This document shows positions 53,089-63,150 of a stretch of DNA of 64,000 nt, one piece after another. The stretch covers positions 5,597 to 69,596 of the forward strand of contig URXV01000004.1 of NCBI GenBank assembly GCA_900551865.1, read 5' to 3'. How positions within the stretch are numbered: the first letter of the stretch is position 1; every line of letters starts with the position of its first letter. Origin of the DNA: an uncultured Rickettsiales bacterium (GTDB lineage Bacteria; Pseudomonadota; Alphaproteobacteria; RF32; CAG-239). The position numbers were made by a program, and so were the translations under genes. The notes below the pieces were generated by a model. That model was not told the origin of the DNA, did not search any database, and saw nothing but the letters and a program-made list of their open reading frames with translations.

Positions 53089-53925
53089 TTACTTTTGCAA
53101 ATGGCTGCAGTAAAAAGTTGAACGTCCTCCCTGTATGATTTTTTTAATGCCTTCGGTACAACCGTCGCAAGTACAGTCCGGACATCTCTGTCCGGCTTTT
53201 CCATAAACGCAGTGCATATGCTGGAAATATCCCATGCTGCCGTCGGGCTTGCGATAATCGCGCAGAGTCGAACCTCCGGCATCTATGGCTTTTTGCAGAG
53301 TCTCCCGTACGGCGTTAATAAGGTTGGAAATTTCTTGTTTTGATAAGCTGCAACATTCTCTTAGCGGGGAGATTCTTGCAGCATATAATGCTTCTGAGGC
53401 ATAAATGTTGCCGATTCCGTTGACAATGCTTTGATCTAGAAGGGCGATTTTAATGGCGGTTTTTTTATGGCAGAGTTTGGCTGAGAAATAATCCGCGTTA
53501 AACTGCTCGTCAAAAGGATCTGGCCCGGTGTGTGAAAATAAGCTGCAGGTTCTTAAATCGGATGTCTTTGTACAGGTCATCAATCCAAAACGGCGGGCAT
53601 CGTTAAACGTCAGGATTCCTCTTGTCGTAACGATAATAATATGGTCGTGTTTTTCTAAAACGGCAGGAAGTGTATCGGTAATTTTAACTTTTCCGCTCAT
53701 GCCGAAATGCCAGACCAGGCTGAAACCGTTGTTCAAATCCAAAACGGCATATTTGGCAATTCGAGATACCTTTAATATTGCAGCTCCCTCAAGCGTATCT
53801 TCAAAATCAGCGGGAACGGGAATGCGAAATCTTCTGTTACGCACGATTACCTTTTTGATAACGGCGCCTTCTACCGCTTTTCTCAGAGCCTCTTTGATTG
53901 TTTCTACTTCTGGCAGTTCGGGCAT
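53089..53925 (-). CDS. mutM: Formamidopyrimidine-DNA glycosylase
   Basis: Start MPELPEVETI (the ORF is open to 53955). C-terminal zinc finger CPDC..GRSTFYC. Confidence 0.9.
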   Translation of the reverse strand: MPELPEVETIKEALRKAVEGAVIKKVIVRNRRFRIPVPADFEDTLEGAAILKVSRIAKYAVLDLNNGFSLVWHFGMSGKVKITDTLPAVLEKHDHIIIVTTRGILTFNDARRFGLMTCTKTSDLRTCSLFSHTGPDPFDEQFNADYFSAKLCHKKTAIKIALLDQSIVNGIGNIYASEALYAARISPLRECCSLSKQEISNLINAVRETLQKAIDAGGSTLRDYRKPDGSMGYFQHMHCVYGKAGQRCPDCTCDGCTEGIKKIIQGGRSTFYCSHLQK

Positions 53926-54090
53926 TGCTAATCCTTTTATTTGCATATATTTCAAAAATAACCGCTAATTTGACGGGAAGCGACTACAAACTTTTGTTTA
54001 TGCACCAGCATTTTTTGCATTATTGTTTGACTAGTGTCGCGATTTATATTAATATCAAAAAGATTTTAACTTAAAAAAGAGAGGATTGTC

Positions 54091-54648
54091 GTGATAAAAA
54101 CTGCTTCGGCAAGAAAAAGGGCTCGTAAATATTTTGCGCCGCAAAATGAAGGAGTGCATCGCAAGTGCGACCATCCGGGCTGCAATAAGGATGGAGAATT
54201 TAAAGCCCCGAAAGACCGGAGTCTGAAAGATTATTACTGGTTCTGTCTGGAACACGTGCAGGAATATAACTCCCGCTGGAATTACTATACGGATGATAAC
54301 AGCGAACCGGAACACGAAGCCTTTCGCAAAAAGACGCGTTTCAGCGGATTTCATTCCAAAATTAAATATAAATTCGGTTGTGATTTAGATGAAGAGCTTG
54401 AGTTTCTTCATGGGTTTTCCGGATATGAAAAAGTATCCGACAATGTTTATTTCAGTCGGGAAGACCGCTGCGAAATGGAACATTTGGAGTTGTCTGCCGA
54501 GGAATTTAATCTTGACAACTTAAAAAAACAGTACAAAAAACTGGCCAAAGCCTGCCATCCGGATTTGAATCCGGACGATAAGGAAGCCGAAGAAAAGTTC
54601 AAACGTTTGACTGCCGCTTATAAAAAACTGCTGGAAAAGCTCTCCTGA
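54091..54648 (+). CDS. J-domain protein with N-terminal Cys/His region (alphaproteobacterial type)
   Basis: GTG start with RBS AGAGAGGA. C-terminal J domain with [20 protein letters not shown] (HPD motif). Confidence 0.75.
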   Translation: MIKTASARKRARKYFAPQNEGVHRKCDHPGCNKDGEFKAPKDRSLKDYYWFCLEHVQEYNSRWNYYTDDNSEPEHEAFRKKTRFSGFHSKIKYKFGCDLDEELEFLHGFSGYEKVSDNVYFSREDRCEMEHLELSAEEFNLDNLKKQYKKLAKACHPDLNPDDKEAEEKFKRLTAAYKKLLEKLS

Positions 54649-54712
54649 CTGCGGCAGAAAAACTGATTCGGTTAAAAAAGCGGACTTTTCATTTTAAGAA
54701 AAGGCTGTCGGT

Positions 54713-57700
54713 TCAAAGCGAAAGCTCATAAAGTTTTGCCGCGTATTTTCTTATCGTATCCAATCGAGTCTTGTATACGGTCAAATCCCTTTCGACAAAC
54801 AGTTTCTGATCTGGGCGGACTTTTATGGCGCCGCCCTGCCGGTTAATAAAGTCCATAAGCTTGTCGACGTTTCTAAACGTATTGTTATGAAAAGCTATCA
54901 AGATACCGCGCGCGCCGGCTTCAATGCGTTCAATGCCGCACATTGCGCAGATTTGTTTTATTTCAACTGTCTTAAGCAGGTTTTCGACCTCTTCGGGAAC
55001 TGGGCCGAAGCGGTCAATCAACTCTTCGCGCATATCATTGATTTCTTCAACTGTTTTAAGGCCGCCAATGCGCTTATAAAGCCCGAGTCTTACGCCTAAG
55101 TCCGCCACATATTTTTCCGGAATGATAATCGGAACGCCGGTAAGAATTTGTACAGTCCAGTCTGTATCAGTCGCGGCAGTTTGAGAATTTTTATCGGATT
55201 CTCCTGCTTTCAAACGGTTGATTTCCTCTTCCAGTAAATGATGGTAAAGAGCGATACCGACATCTTTTATGTGCCCCGATTGTTCTATTCCGAGAATGTT
55301 TCCTGCGCCGCGGATATCCAGATCATGGTTGGCCAGAGAAAAACCGGCGCCGAGTTGGTTGAGTGCCTGCAGAATATTCAGCCTTTTTTCGGCAATCGGT
55401 GTCAGCGTTTTTTTGTTGGGAATGGTAAAATAACAGTAGCCGCGGAGTTTTGAACGGCCGATTCTTCCGCGCAGCTGATACAGTTGAGCCAACCCGAACA
55501 TATCTGCCCGGTAAATAATCATCGTATTGACGTTGGGCATGTCAATTCCCGATTCGATAATTGTCGTTGCCAAAAGAATGTCCGCCTTGCCATCGGCAAA
55601 GTCACACATAACGTCTTCCAGGTGGGACGGGGACATTTGGCCGTGAGCCACAGCGATTTTAATGTCCGGAACCAGTTCCCGGAGTTTTGGCTCAATTTGC
55701 AGAATGTCCGATACGCGGGGGCATACGAAAAATATCTGTCCGCCACGATATTTCTCACGGTATATAGCTTCCCTTATCATAACTTTGTCAAAAGGCATGA
55801 CAAACGTTCTTGCTGCCAGACGGTCGACTGGCGGAGTCGCAATAATACTGAGCTGTTTAACTCCGGTCAGAGAAAGCTGCAATGTCCGGGGAATGGGTGT
55901 GGCGCTGAGTGTCAGGATATGAACGTCGGATTTCAGCTGTTTCAGGCGTTCTTTGTGTGCAACGCCAAAATGCTGTTCCTCATCAACAATCAAAAGTCCC
56001 AGATTGCAGAATTCAATATCCTTAGCCAACAGTGCATGAGTGCCGATAACGATTTCCAAACTGCCGTCTTTCAGTCCCTGCTTAATCTCTCTGGCTTCTT
56101 TGGGCGTAACCAGCCGTGACAGCATCTTGACCTTAACCGGAAAGCCGCTCAGACGTTTCTTGAAGTTCAGATAATGCTGGCGCGCCAGCAGAGTCGTCGG
56201 TACTATCAGGGCAACCTGCGCACCGCCTGTAGCCACCGTAAAAGCAGCCCGCAGCGCAACTTCCGTTTTGCCGAAACCGACATCGCCGCAGATAAGCCTG
56301 TCCATCGGCATACCAAGCGACAAATCGTGAATAACATCTTTTACGGCGTTCAGTTGGTCATCGGTTTCAGTATAAAGAAACCGGCTGCAGAACTCGTCAT
56401 AAAGACCTCGTTCGGGAACAAATATCTCCGCTTTTTTCATCCGCCTTTGTGCTGCGATTTTAATCAGTTTTTCCGCAATGTCTTTAATCTTTTCTTTGAC
56501 GCGAGATTTCTTTGCTTCCCAGGCTGAACCGCCGAGCGTGTCCAGCGCCACATTGCTGTCTTCGGCGCCGTAGCGGCTGATGACGTCAATGTTTTCCACC
56601 GGAACATAAAGTTTGTCGTTATTGGCGTATATCAGCTTCAGGCAGTCGTGCGCTACGCCGTCTGTTACGATATTCTCCAGCCCTTCAAATCTGCCGATGC
56701 CGTGTTCAATGTGAACGACATATTCGCCGATATTGAGGGATGATATGTCGGCAATAAGATTTTCGGCAGAAACCTTTTTGTGCGCACGGATATTCTTGCG
56801 TTCGCCCCAGATGTCCTGTTCCGTAACGATAAAATAGTTGTGGCTGGTAAAGCCGTGTTGCAGTTCAAGTCTGATTAGGGCAATTTTTCCTTTGGCGGTT
56901 TCTTTTTCCGCTTGTGCCCAAGTTTCGGAAACAGCAAGGTTTTTAATTTTGTTTTCGGTGAGGATATTTTTCATCCGGTCAAGAGAACCGTCGCTGTAGC
57001 AGCAAATAATCCTTTTTTTATCTTTGTTGCGGCCGAATTCCTGCGCCAAATCTTCATAAACCGTCAGGTTATTGATGTTTTTTAATGAGGCAAATATTTT
57101 TTGCGGAGTCGCTCCATAATCTGTAACATCACTGCTTTCCGGTATAGAGCGCTTGGAAAATAAGACATAGCGCCGGCGATGAATTTGCGCTGCAAAATTT
57201 TGCGCATCAAGGAACAAAAGTTCCGGTGGTACGGGACGGTACTTGTCAATATCGGAAACTTCACGGATTTTCAAAGCTTCCAGCCGCGCTTCATAGTGGT
57301 CGGCAATCGTTTCTTCTTTTGCCTTCAGAGCATTGTCGGCATCAACGCCCAGAAAAATGTCGGCACCTGGCAGATAGTCAAACAGCGTCGGCAGGCCGCC
57401 GTCATAAAAAAACGGCAGCCAGTTTTCCATGCCGAGATATTTCTTTCCTTCCGAAATGCTTTCGTATAATTCGTCTTTAAGCCCCTCTGCGCCAAAAGCC
57501 TCACGATATTTGGAGCGGAATGTCTTAATGGTGTTCTTGTCAAGCACAACCTCGTTGGCGCTGTCAAAGCTGTAAAAATTTAAATCCTCCGTACTGCGCT
57601 GCGTTTCCACTTCAAACAATCTCAGCCGTTCGATTTCGTCGTCAAACAAATCAATGCGCAGCGGCTGTTCGGCTCCGCTGGGAAAAATGTCGATGATATC

Positions 57701-58195
57701 TCCCCGTACGGCATATTCACCCGATTCCATAACTTGCTCAACGCGGGTATAGCCGTTGACCGCTGCATAGTGCAAAAATTCGTCAAAATTAAGTTTCCCG
57801 CCGACTTGGATGTTTTTGCGCGTGTTTAAGAATATTTTTTTCGGCGGCAGTTTTTGAATTGCTGCGCCGATACTGGTCAGCACAATGCGCTGTTTTTTTG
57901 CCCCTGCATCCAAAACAAGTTTAGCCAGCGTTTCAATGCGTTTAGATAAAATTGCGGCATTAGGCGATACTCGGTCATATGGGACAGTATCCCATGCCGG
58001 CAAAGTAAGAATGTTTGCTTCCGGCTGAAGAAAAGAGAGTGTTTCATAGACTTGGTTAAGGCTGATGCCGTCGCTCAAAATACAGAGGATGTCCCGATCC
58101 GTTTCTGCAAGCAAATCCCGTATGGCAAAAGCTTCGGCGTCTTTGGCTACGCCGGCAAGGGTTTTTTTGTTGTATTTTTCAAAATCATTAGACAT
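54713..58195 (-). CDS. mfd: Transcription-repair coupling factor Mfd
   Basis: 1160 aa. Helicase motifs GDVGFGKTEVALRAAF, DEEQHFGV and QLRGRIGRS. Confidence 0.9.
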   Translation of the reverse strand: MSNDFEKYNKKTLAGVAKDAEAFAIRDLLAETDRDILCILSDGISLNQVYETLSFLQPEANILTLPAWDTVPYDRVSPNAAILSKRIETLAKLVLDAGAKKQRIVLTSIGAAIQKLPPKKIFLNTRKNIQVGGKLNFDEFLHYAAVNGYTRVEQVMESGEYAVRGDIIDIFPSGAEQPLRIDLFDDEIERLRLFEVETQRSTEDLNFYSFDSANEVVLDKNTIKTFRSKYREAFGAEGLKDELYESISEGKKYLGMENWLPFFYDGGLPTLFDYLPGADIFLGVDADNALKAKEETIADHYEARLEALKIREVSDIDKYRPVPPELLFLDAQNFAAQIHRRRYVLFSKRSIPESSDVTDYGATPQKIFASLKNINNLTVYEDLAQEFGRNKDKKRIICCYSDGSLDRMKNILTENKIKNLAVSETWAQAEKETAKGKIALIRLELQHGFTSHNYFIVTEQDIWGERKNIRAHKKVSAENLIADISSLNIGEYVVHIEHGIGRFEGLENIVTDGVAHDCLKLIYANNDKLYVPVENIDVISRYGAEDSNVALDTLGGSAWEAKKSRVKEKIKDIAEKLIKIAAQRRMKKAEIFVPERGLYDEFCSRFLYTETDDQLNAVKDVIHDLSLGMPMDRLICGDVGFGKTEVALRAAFTVATGGAQVALIVPTTLLARQHYLNFKKRLSGFPVKVKMLSRLVTPKEAREIKQGLKDGSLEIVIGTHALLAKDIEFCNLGLLIVDEEQHFGVAHKERLKQLKSDVHILTLSATPIPRTLQLSLTGVKQLSIIATPPVDRLAARTFVMPFDKVMIREAIYREKYRGGQIFFVCPRVSDILQIEPKLRELVPDIKIAVAHGQMSPSHLEDVMCDFADGKADILLATTIIESGIDMPNVNTMIIYRADMFGLAQLYQLRGRIGRSKLRGYCYFTIPNKKTLTPIAEKRLNILQALNQLGAGFSLANHDLDIRGAGNILGIEQSGHIKDVGIALYHHLLEEEINRLKAGESDKNSQTAATDTDWTVQILTGVPIIIPEKYVADLGVRLGLYKRIGGLKTVEEINDMREELIDRFGPVPEEVENLLKTVEIKQICAMCGIERIEAGARGILIAFHNNTFRNVDKLMDFINRQGGAIKVRPDQKLFVERDLTVYKTRLDTIRKYAAKLYELSL

Positions 58196-58264
58196 TTGCG
58201 CACATATCGGTTATTAACATACTTATAAATAACCTAAACCCGAAATTTGTAAAGAACATAAATT

Positions 58265-60346
58265 ATGCGTCCGAGTATTTTATATCCGCTGTTTGCTCCG
58301 ATTGAAGGGCTGAAAGGAATTGGCGACAAATATGCCAAGTTGGTAAAAAATCTTTGCGGAGAAAAAGTTATTGACGTTTTGTTTCATCTGCCGGCTTCTG
58401 TAGTCGACAGGACATGGATGCCGCCGCTCGTTTCGGCACAAAATGGCAGAATATGGACCGGGATTGTAACTGTTACCGAACACCAGCCGCCGCAGACGCG
58501 CAAACATCCGTATCGGATTTACTGTACAGACGGCACGGCGGAGCTTGTATTGGTATTTTTTAAGGTATATGCCGATTCGCTGGTAAAAAACTACCCCATT
58601 GGCGGCCAGCGTGCCATTAGCGGAAAATTGGAGTATTTTAACGGCCTCTGGCAAATGAGCCATCCTGATTACTCCGTACCGGCGGCAATGCTGCCGCAGA
58701 TAGCCCGGCAGGAACCGGTTTATCCGCTGACGGCCGGAGTTACCAATAAAATGGTCTGCCGGCTGGAAGAAGAGGCTCTGCAAAAGGTTCCGGAATTGCC
58801 GGAATGGCAGCTTCCGGAGTCGCTGGGAAATTTGGAATATATCAGCTTTAATGAGGCCTTACAGCGTGTGCACCATCCCCGGAGTCCTGCGGATTTGCTG
58901 CCGTCGTCGGCAGCCCGCCGCCGGCTGGCGTATGATGAGATATTGTCTAACCAGCTGGCTTTGGCCTTTATTCGCCAAAAAGTACGGCAACAGAAAGGGC
59001 GGAGCTTTACAGGAACCGGCATACTGTATCAAAAAGTGCTGTCGGCGTTGCCGTTTGCGCTGACAGAGGCTCAGGAAGGGGCGCTTGCAGAAATTACGGC
59101 AGATCAGAATGCGCCGTATAAAATGCTGCGTCTGCTGCAAGGCGATGTCGGTTCCGGCAAAACGGTCGTTGCCCTGTTGAGTATGCTGAAAGTCGTGGAA
59201 GAGGGGGCGCAGACCGCACTTATGGCTCCGACGGAAATTCTGGCCAAACAGCATTATGAAACTATAAGCACTCTTAGCGGTTCTGTCGGCATTCGGATAG
59301 GGCTTTTGACCGGAAAACTCAGGGCCAGAGAGAAAAAAGAAGTATATGCCAAGCTTGCCGCCGGAGAAATTGACATACTTGTCGGCACGCATGCTTTGTT
59401 TACGGAAGACGTGGTATTCAAAGACCTGGGATACGTTGTTATTGACGAGCAGCATCGGTTTGGCGTCAATCAGCGTCTGTCGCTTTCCTCTAAAGGGAGT
59501 TTATGTGATGTGCTTGTTATGACGGCAACGCCGATTCCGCGAAGCCTTCTGTTGACGGCGTACGGCGATATGGACTATTCTAAAATCGGCGCGCTCCCGG
59601 CCGGGCGCAAACCGTCGCAGACTGTTGTTATGAATGTTAAAAAAATGCCGGACATTATTGCCGCCCTGCGGCGCAAATTGGATGAAGGAGCCCGCGCATA
59701 CTGGGTCTGTCCGTTGGTTGAGGAGTCGGAAAAGTCGGATTTGGCCGCTGCTGCTGAACGCCATGAAATGCTGCAACAGTATTTTGGCAATAAGGTAGGC
59801 TTGATTCACGGCAAAATGAAAGAAACCGAAAAAGATGCTGTAATGGAAGAGTTTAAATCCGGAATCAAAACGCTTTTAGTAGCAACGACAGTCATTGAGG
59901 TCGGCGTTAATGTGCCCGAGGCGACAATTATGATTATCGAACATGCCGAGCGATTTGGATTGGCGCAGCTGCATCAGCTGCGTGGTAGAATAAAACGAGG
60001 TTATGAGGCGGGAACATGTATCTTGCTGTATGCCTATCCGCTGAGCAATATTGCCAAAGAGCGTTTAAATATTATGAAACAGACCGAAGACGGCTTCTAT
60101 ATTGCCGAAAAAGATTTGGAACTTCGCGGCGGTGGGGAAATATTGGGCACCCGCCAGTCGGGGTTTACGCAATTTAAACTGGCGGATATGTCCTGTCATC
60201 AGGATTTGTTGCTTCGTGCCCGTGATGATGTGCAGAATATCTTAAAAAATGATTTTCGGCTGGAGACGCCCCGGGGACAGGCGTTAAAGGTGTTGTTATA
60301 TCTTTTTGAACAAAATGAGGCGGTAAAGACATATCTTGCCGGTTAG
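58265..60346 (+). CDS. recG: ATP-dependent DNA helicase RecG
   Basis: 693 aa. Motifs GDVGSGKTVVALL, DEQHRFGV and QLRGRIKRG. Confidence 0.9.
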   Translation: MRPSILYPLFAPIEGLKGIGDKYAKLVKNLCGEKVIDVLFHLPASVVDRTWMPPLVSAQNGRIWTGIVTVTEHQPPQTRKHPYRIYCTDGTAELVLVFFKVYADSLVKNYPIGGQRAISGKLEYFNGLWQMSHPDYSVPAAMLPQIARQEPVYPLTAGVTNKMVCRLEEEALQKVPELPEWQLPESLGNLEYISFNEALQRVHHPRSPADLLPSSAARRRLAYDEILSNQLALAFIRQKVRQQKGRSFTGTGILYQKVLSALPFALTEAQEGALAEITADQNAPYKMLRLLQGDVGSGKTVVALLSMLKVVEEGAQTALMAPTEILAKQHYETISTLSGSVGIRIGLLTGKLRAREKKEVYAKLAAGEIDILVGTHALFTEDVVFKDLGYVVIDEQHRFGVNQRLSLSSKGSLCDVLVMTATPIPRSLLLTAYGDMDYSKIGALPAGRKPSQTVVMNVKKMPDIIAALRRKLDEGARAYWVCPLVEESEKSDLAAAAERHEMLQQYFGNKVGLIHGKMKETEKDAVMEEFKSGIKTLLVATTVIEVGVNVPEATIMIIEHAERFGLAQLHQLRGRIKRGYEAGTCILLYAYPLSNIAKERLNIMKQTEDGFYIAEKDLELRGGGEILGTRQSGFTQFKLADMSCHQDLLLRARDDVQNILKNDFRLETPRGQALKVLLYLFEQNEAVKTYLAG

Positions 60347-60749
60347 CCTTCTGGATAAAAGGCTATAATTAGTTGGTTTTATTAAGAAATGTCAAACAAA
60401 TATAACCGGGTTTGAAAGCTGCGGGATAATGCCTATATTAGCGGCGAAACGTTACATGCCTGAAAGTCAAACGGCTGGAAGGCGGTAAAATAAGCCATAG
60501 CGGTGAATATACCGCACTGTTCATTAGCAGCTTTCAACTTCCAGTCATCTTTTTAGAAAACTCTGTTATTGCCGGAAAAGTTTAATATTAGCGTATGGTT
60601 AGATAAAATGTCAGGGTAAGTTTAATAGACCGTTTTGAAATCTTAGCGAATATTTTACTAATCTATGCTCATATTCAATATATAAATTGTTGCCCGTACT
60701 CGGTGTATGAAGCAACGGGAAATTTGCATAAAGCAACGGGAGAAAAAGA

Positions 60750-61787
60750 ATGCCTTGTTACCTGATAACCGGTGGCGCCGGATTTTTTGGAACGGTTTTA
60801 AAACAGCACTTGCTGGAGCAGGGAGCCGAATGTGTCAGTATAGATTTGGAACCGGATTCGTTTCGGCATCCGCGTTTTACTGCTTATCAGGGAGATATAA
60901 ATGATGACAGCCTTATGGAAAAGATATTCTCGGTGCATAAGCCCGAAGCAGTTTTTCATTGTGCCGCCTTGCTGGCACATGTCAAAAAGGATTTAAAACG
61001 CCTTTGGCATGCTAATGTGGACGGAACACGGAACGTTTATGATTTTGCCTTAAAATACGGCGTGAAGAAAATAGTTTTTATTTCCAGCAATTGCTTGTGG
61101 GCAAAAAACTTTGATTCTCCCGTTACGGAAGATGAAGCGCCTAATCCTGTTGAAATATACGGAAAATCGAAGCTTGAAGGCGAAAAAATTTTGTTGTCCC
61201 AGCCCGATAAAATAAACAGCATCATCTTTCGCAGCCCGACGATAATGGACGAAGGGCGTCTGGGATTATTGGGCATCTTGTTTGAATTCATCGATGAAGG
61301 GCGGAAACTGCCGATGGTCGGCGATGGAACCAACCGCTACCAGTTTATTTATGCCAAAGATTTGGCGAAAGCCTGCGAATTGGCTCTTGCCGCGGATTAT
61401 TCCGAAGTCTTTAATATCGGCGCAGATGAAGTCAAAAGCTTTAATGAAGTGTATCAGTACGTTATCGATAAGTCCGGTTCCGGTTCCCGGTTGTTTCATT
61501 TTCCGAAACTGCCGATGATATGGGCGATGAAGGTCTGTTTTTGGCTGGGAATTTCTCCTTTAGGGCCTTACCAGTATAAAATGATTGCTTCCAATTTTAT
61601 TTTTGATACTTCCAAAATAAAAGAAAAGTTAGGATTTTGTCCGACTTTGAAAAATGAAGAGATGCTTTTGCGGGCTTATGAGTTTTACCATCAAAATAAA
61701 AACGAAATCTTAAACCGCAAAGACGTTTCCGCACATAATTCAGTCGCCAAAATGGGTGTGATAAAAATTCTGAAATGGCTGATGTAA
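60750..61787 (+). CDS. NAD-dependent epimerase/dehydratase family protein
   Basis: TGGAGFFG Rossmann motif and YGKSK catalytic YxxxK. Confidence 0.8.
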   Translation: MPCYLITGGAGFFGTVLKQHLLEQGAECVSIDLEPDSFRHPRFTAYQGDINDDSLMEKIFSVHKPEAVFHCAALLAHVKKDLKRLWHANVDGTRNVYDFALKYGVKKIVFISSNCLWAKNFDSPVTEDEAPNPVEIYGKSKLEGEKILLSQPDKINSIIFRSPTIMDEGRLGLLGILFEFIDEGRKLPMVGDGTNRYQFIYAKDLAKACELALAADYSEVFNIGADEVKSFNEVYQYVIDKSGSGSRLFHFPKLPMIWAMKVCFWLGISPLGPYQYKMIASNFIFDTSKIKEKLGFCPTLKNEEMLLRAYEFYHQNKNEILNRKDVSAHNSVAKMGVIKILKWLM

Positions 61788-61788
61788 A

Positions 61789-62560
61789 TCAGCTGCTGCG
61801 ACGCAAATTATGTATAAAGCAGCAAAGTTTGTATGCTGTATAGGCAAATACATAATTTATGCCGAGCCATTTTTCGTAGATGGCAACAAAAATTCCTAAG
61901 GAGAATTCCGGGATATGTCCAATGGCGTTGGCATACAGGCCGATACCGGTGCCACAGTATTTCATCCAGTATAAGGCAATGAGAAGATAAGAAAAACAAA
62001 TCAGAACAATATTGCTGATATCCTTTTGAATAAATTTGTACAGAAAAAGAAACAATAAGTAAAGCTGAATAATCAGGGAAAAGAACCACCACGGCCCGCA
62101 AACCAGAAACAGCGTTTCCGGCGAAAGATTTGTTGTCAGGGACAATACGTACAAGACTGCTTTATAATTAACTTTTGGTACAATAACAAGATACAGGCCG
62201 ACACTGCATAAAAAAAAGCAGATAAATTTTTACAATATGCCGTCCGATAAATCTTATATTCCTCTCGGTATGACGGTTTGCAAAAGATTTTGTCAAGCCG
62301 TATCCGCTAAGAAAAATGAACAGATAAACCCCGTAAAATCCCCAAAATGAAAATAAACAGTTTATAGCGTCAGGCCATGTAAAGTCCTGTAAAAAGCGTA
62401 AAAAATACATCGGGTAAAAATGCATTTCGTTTTCATAAGTTACAGGCGGCACCCAATGAAAAAAATTGTGCGACATAATGCACAATATTGCAAAGCCCTT
62501 CAAAAATAATGTCTGAACAGGGGTAAGATAACAATATTTAGAAATCATCACAGCCCTCAT
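61789..62560 (-). pseudogene. Acyltransferase-3 family gene interrupted by a frameshift in a homopolymer
   Basis: Two adjacent ORFs in different frames (62168-62560 and 61789-62154). The N-terminal part has LKGFAILCIMSHNFFH and IFLSGYGL motifs. Removing one base from A8 at 62210-62217 joins both into one frame. Confidence 0.65.
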
Positions 62561-63080
62561 CTACAATTTCTTTAGCAATATCATAGTCAAATCCTGCCCG
62601 GATGAGTGTTCCGAGATCTTTTTGGCGGAAGTTTTTGCGTTCTTCTTCACCGTTTCTGAAACAGCCGATTTTTTTCTTTTGGGCAAAATTTAAGGCAGTA
62701 TCTTTTTCCGAATAGTTTGCCTCTTCAAAAACTGAGGAAATGGTTTTCTCGTCAATGCCTTTTTGTTTTAATTTTTGCTCAATATAGCGTTTGGGCTTTC
62801 CTGCATTCAGATACCCGTTGACTTTAAATTCGGCAAACCGTCTGTCATTAATAAAATTATGGCTCAAACATTCATCTATGACCTCCTCCGCCCATTGATA
62901 GGCTTCAGAGGGATTATATTCTTTGTTTACGAAAGCATATTTGTCGATTCTTCGTTTTAATACCTGGCGCAGAGTTTCTTCAGAACTTTCAAAACGTTCA
63001 AGATAATACAGGGCTATATTGCGCAGCCTTGCTTTAGTGGGTGCTTTGGGGGCATTTTTTTTCGTTTTTTCTGTAAACAC
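62538..63080 (-). CDS. recX: Recombination regulator RecX
   Basis: 180 aa. ARLRNIALYYLERFESSEETLRQVLKRR and repeated helical modules with INDRRFAE. Confidence 0.75.
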   Translation of the reverse strand: MFTEKTKKNAPKAPTKARLRNIALYYLERFESSEETLRQVLKRRIDKYAFVNKEYNPSEAYQWAEEVIDECLSHNFINDRRFAEFKVNGYLNAGKPKRYIEQKLKQKGIDEKTISSVFEEANYSEKDTALNFAQKKKIGCFRNGEEERKNFRQKDLGTLIRAGFDYDIAKEIVDEGCDDF

Positions 63081-63150
63081 TTGAAAATTACCTTTTTATA
63101 TACTAGCTTAACCGTAAGATATATCTTTAATTATATAGAGGAATAAAAAA

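Noticed and set aside
60412-60460. TPP riboswitch
   Set aside because: Only the GGAUAAUGCC-like 3' half is reminiscent. The conserved CUGAGA element and P2/P3 helices are not found, and the downstream gene is unrelated to thiamine.
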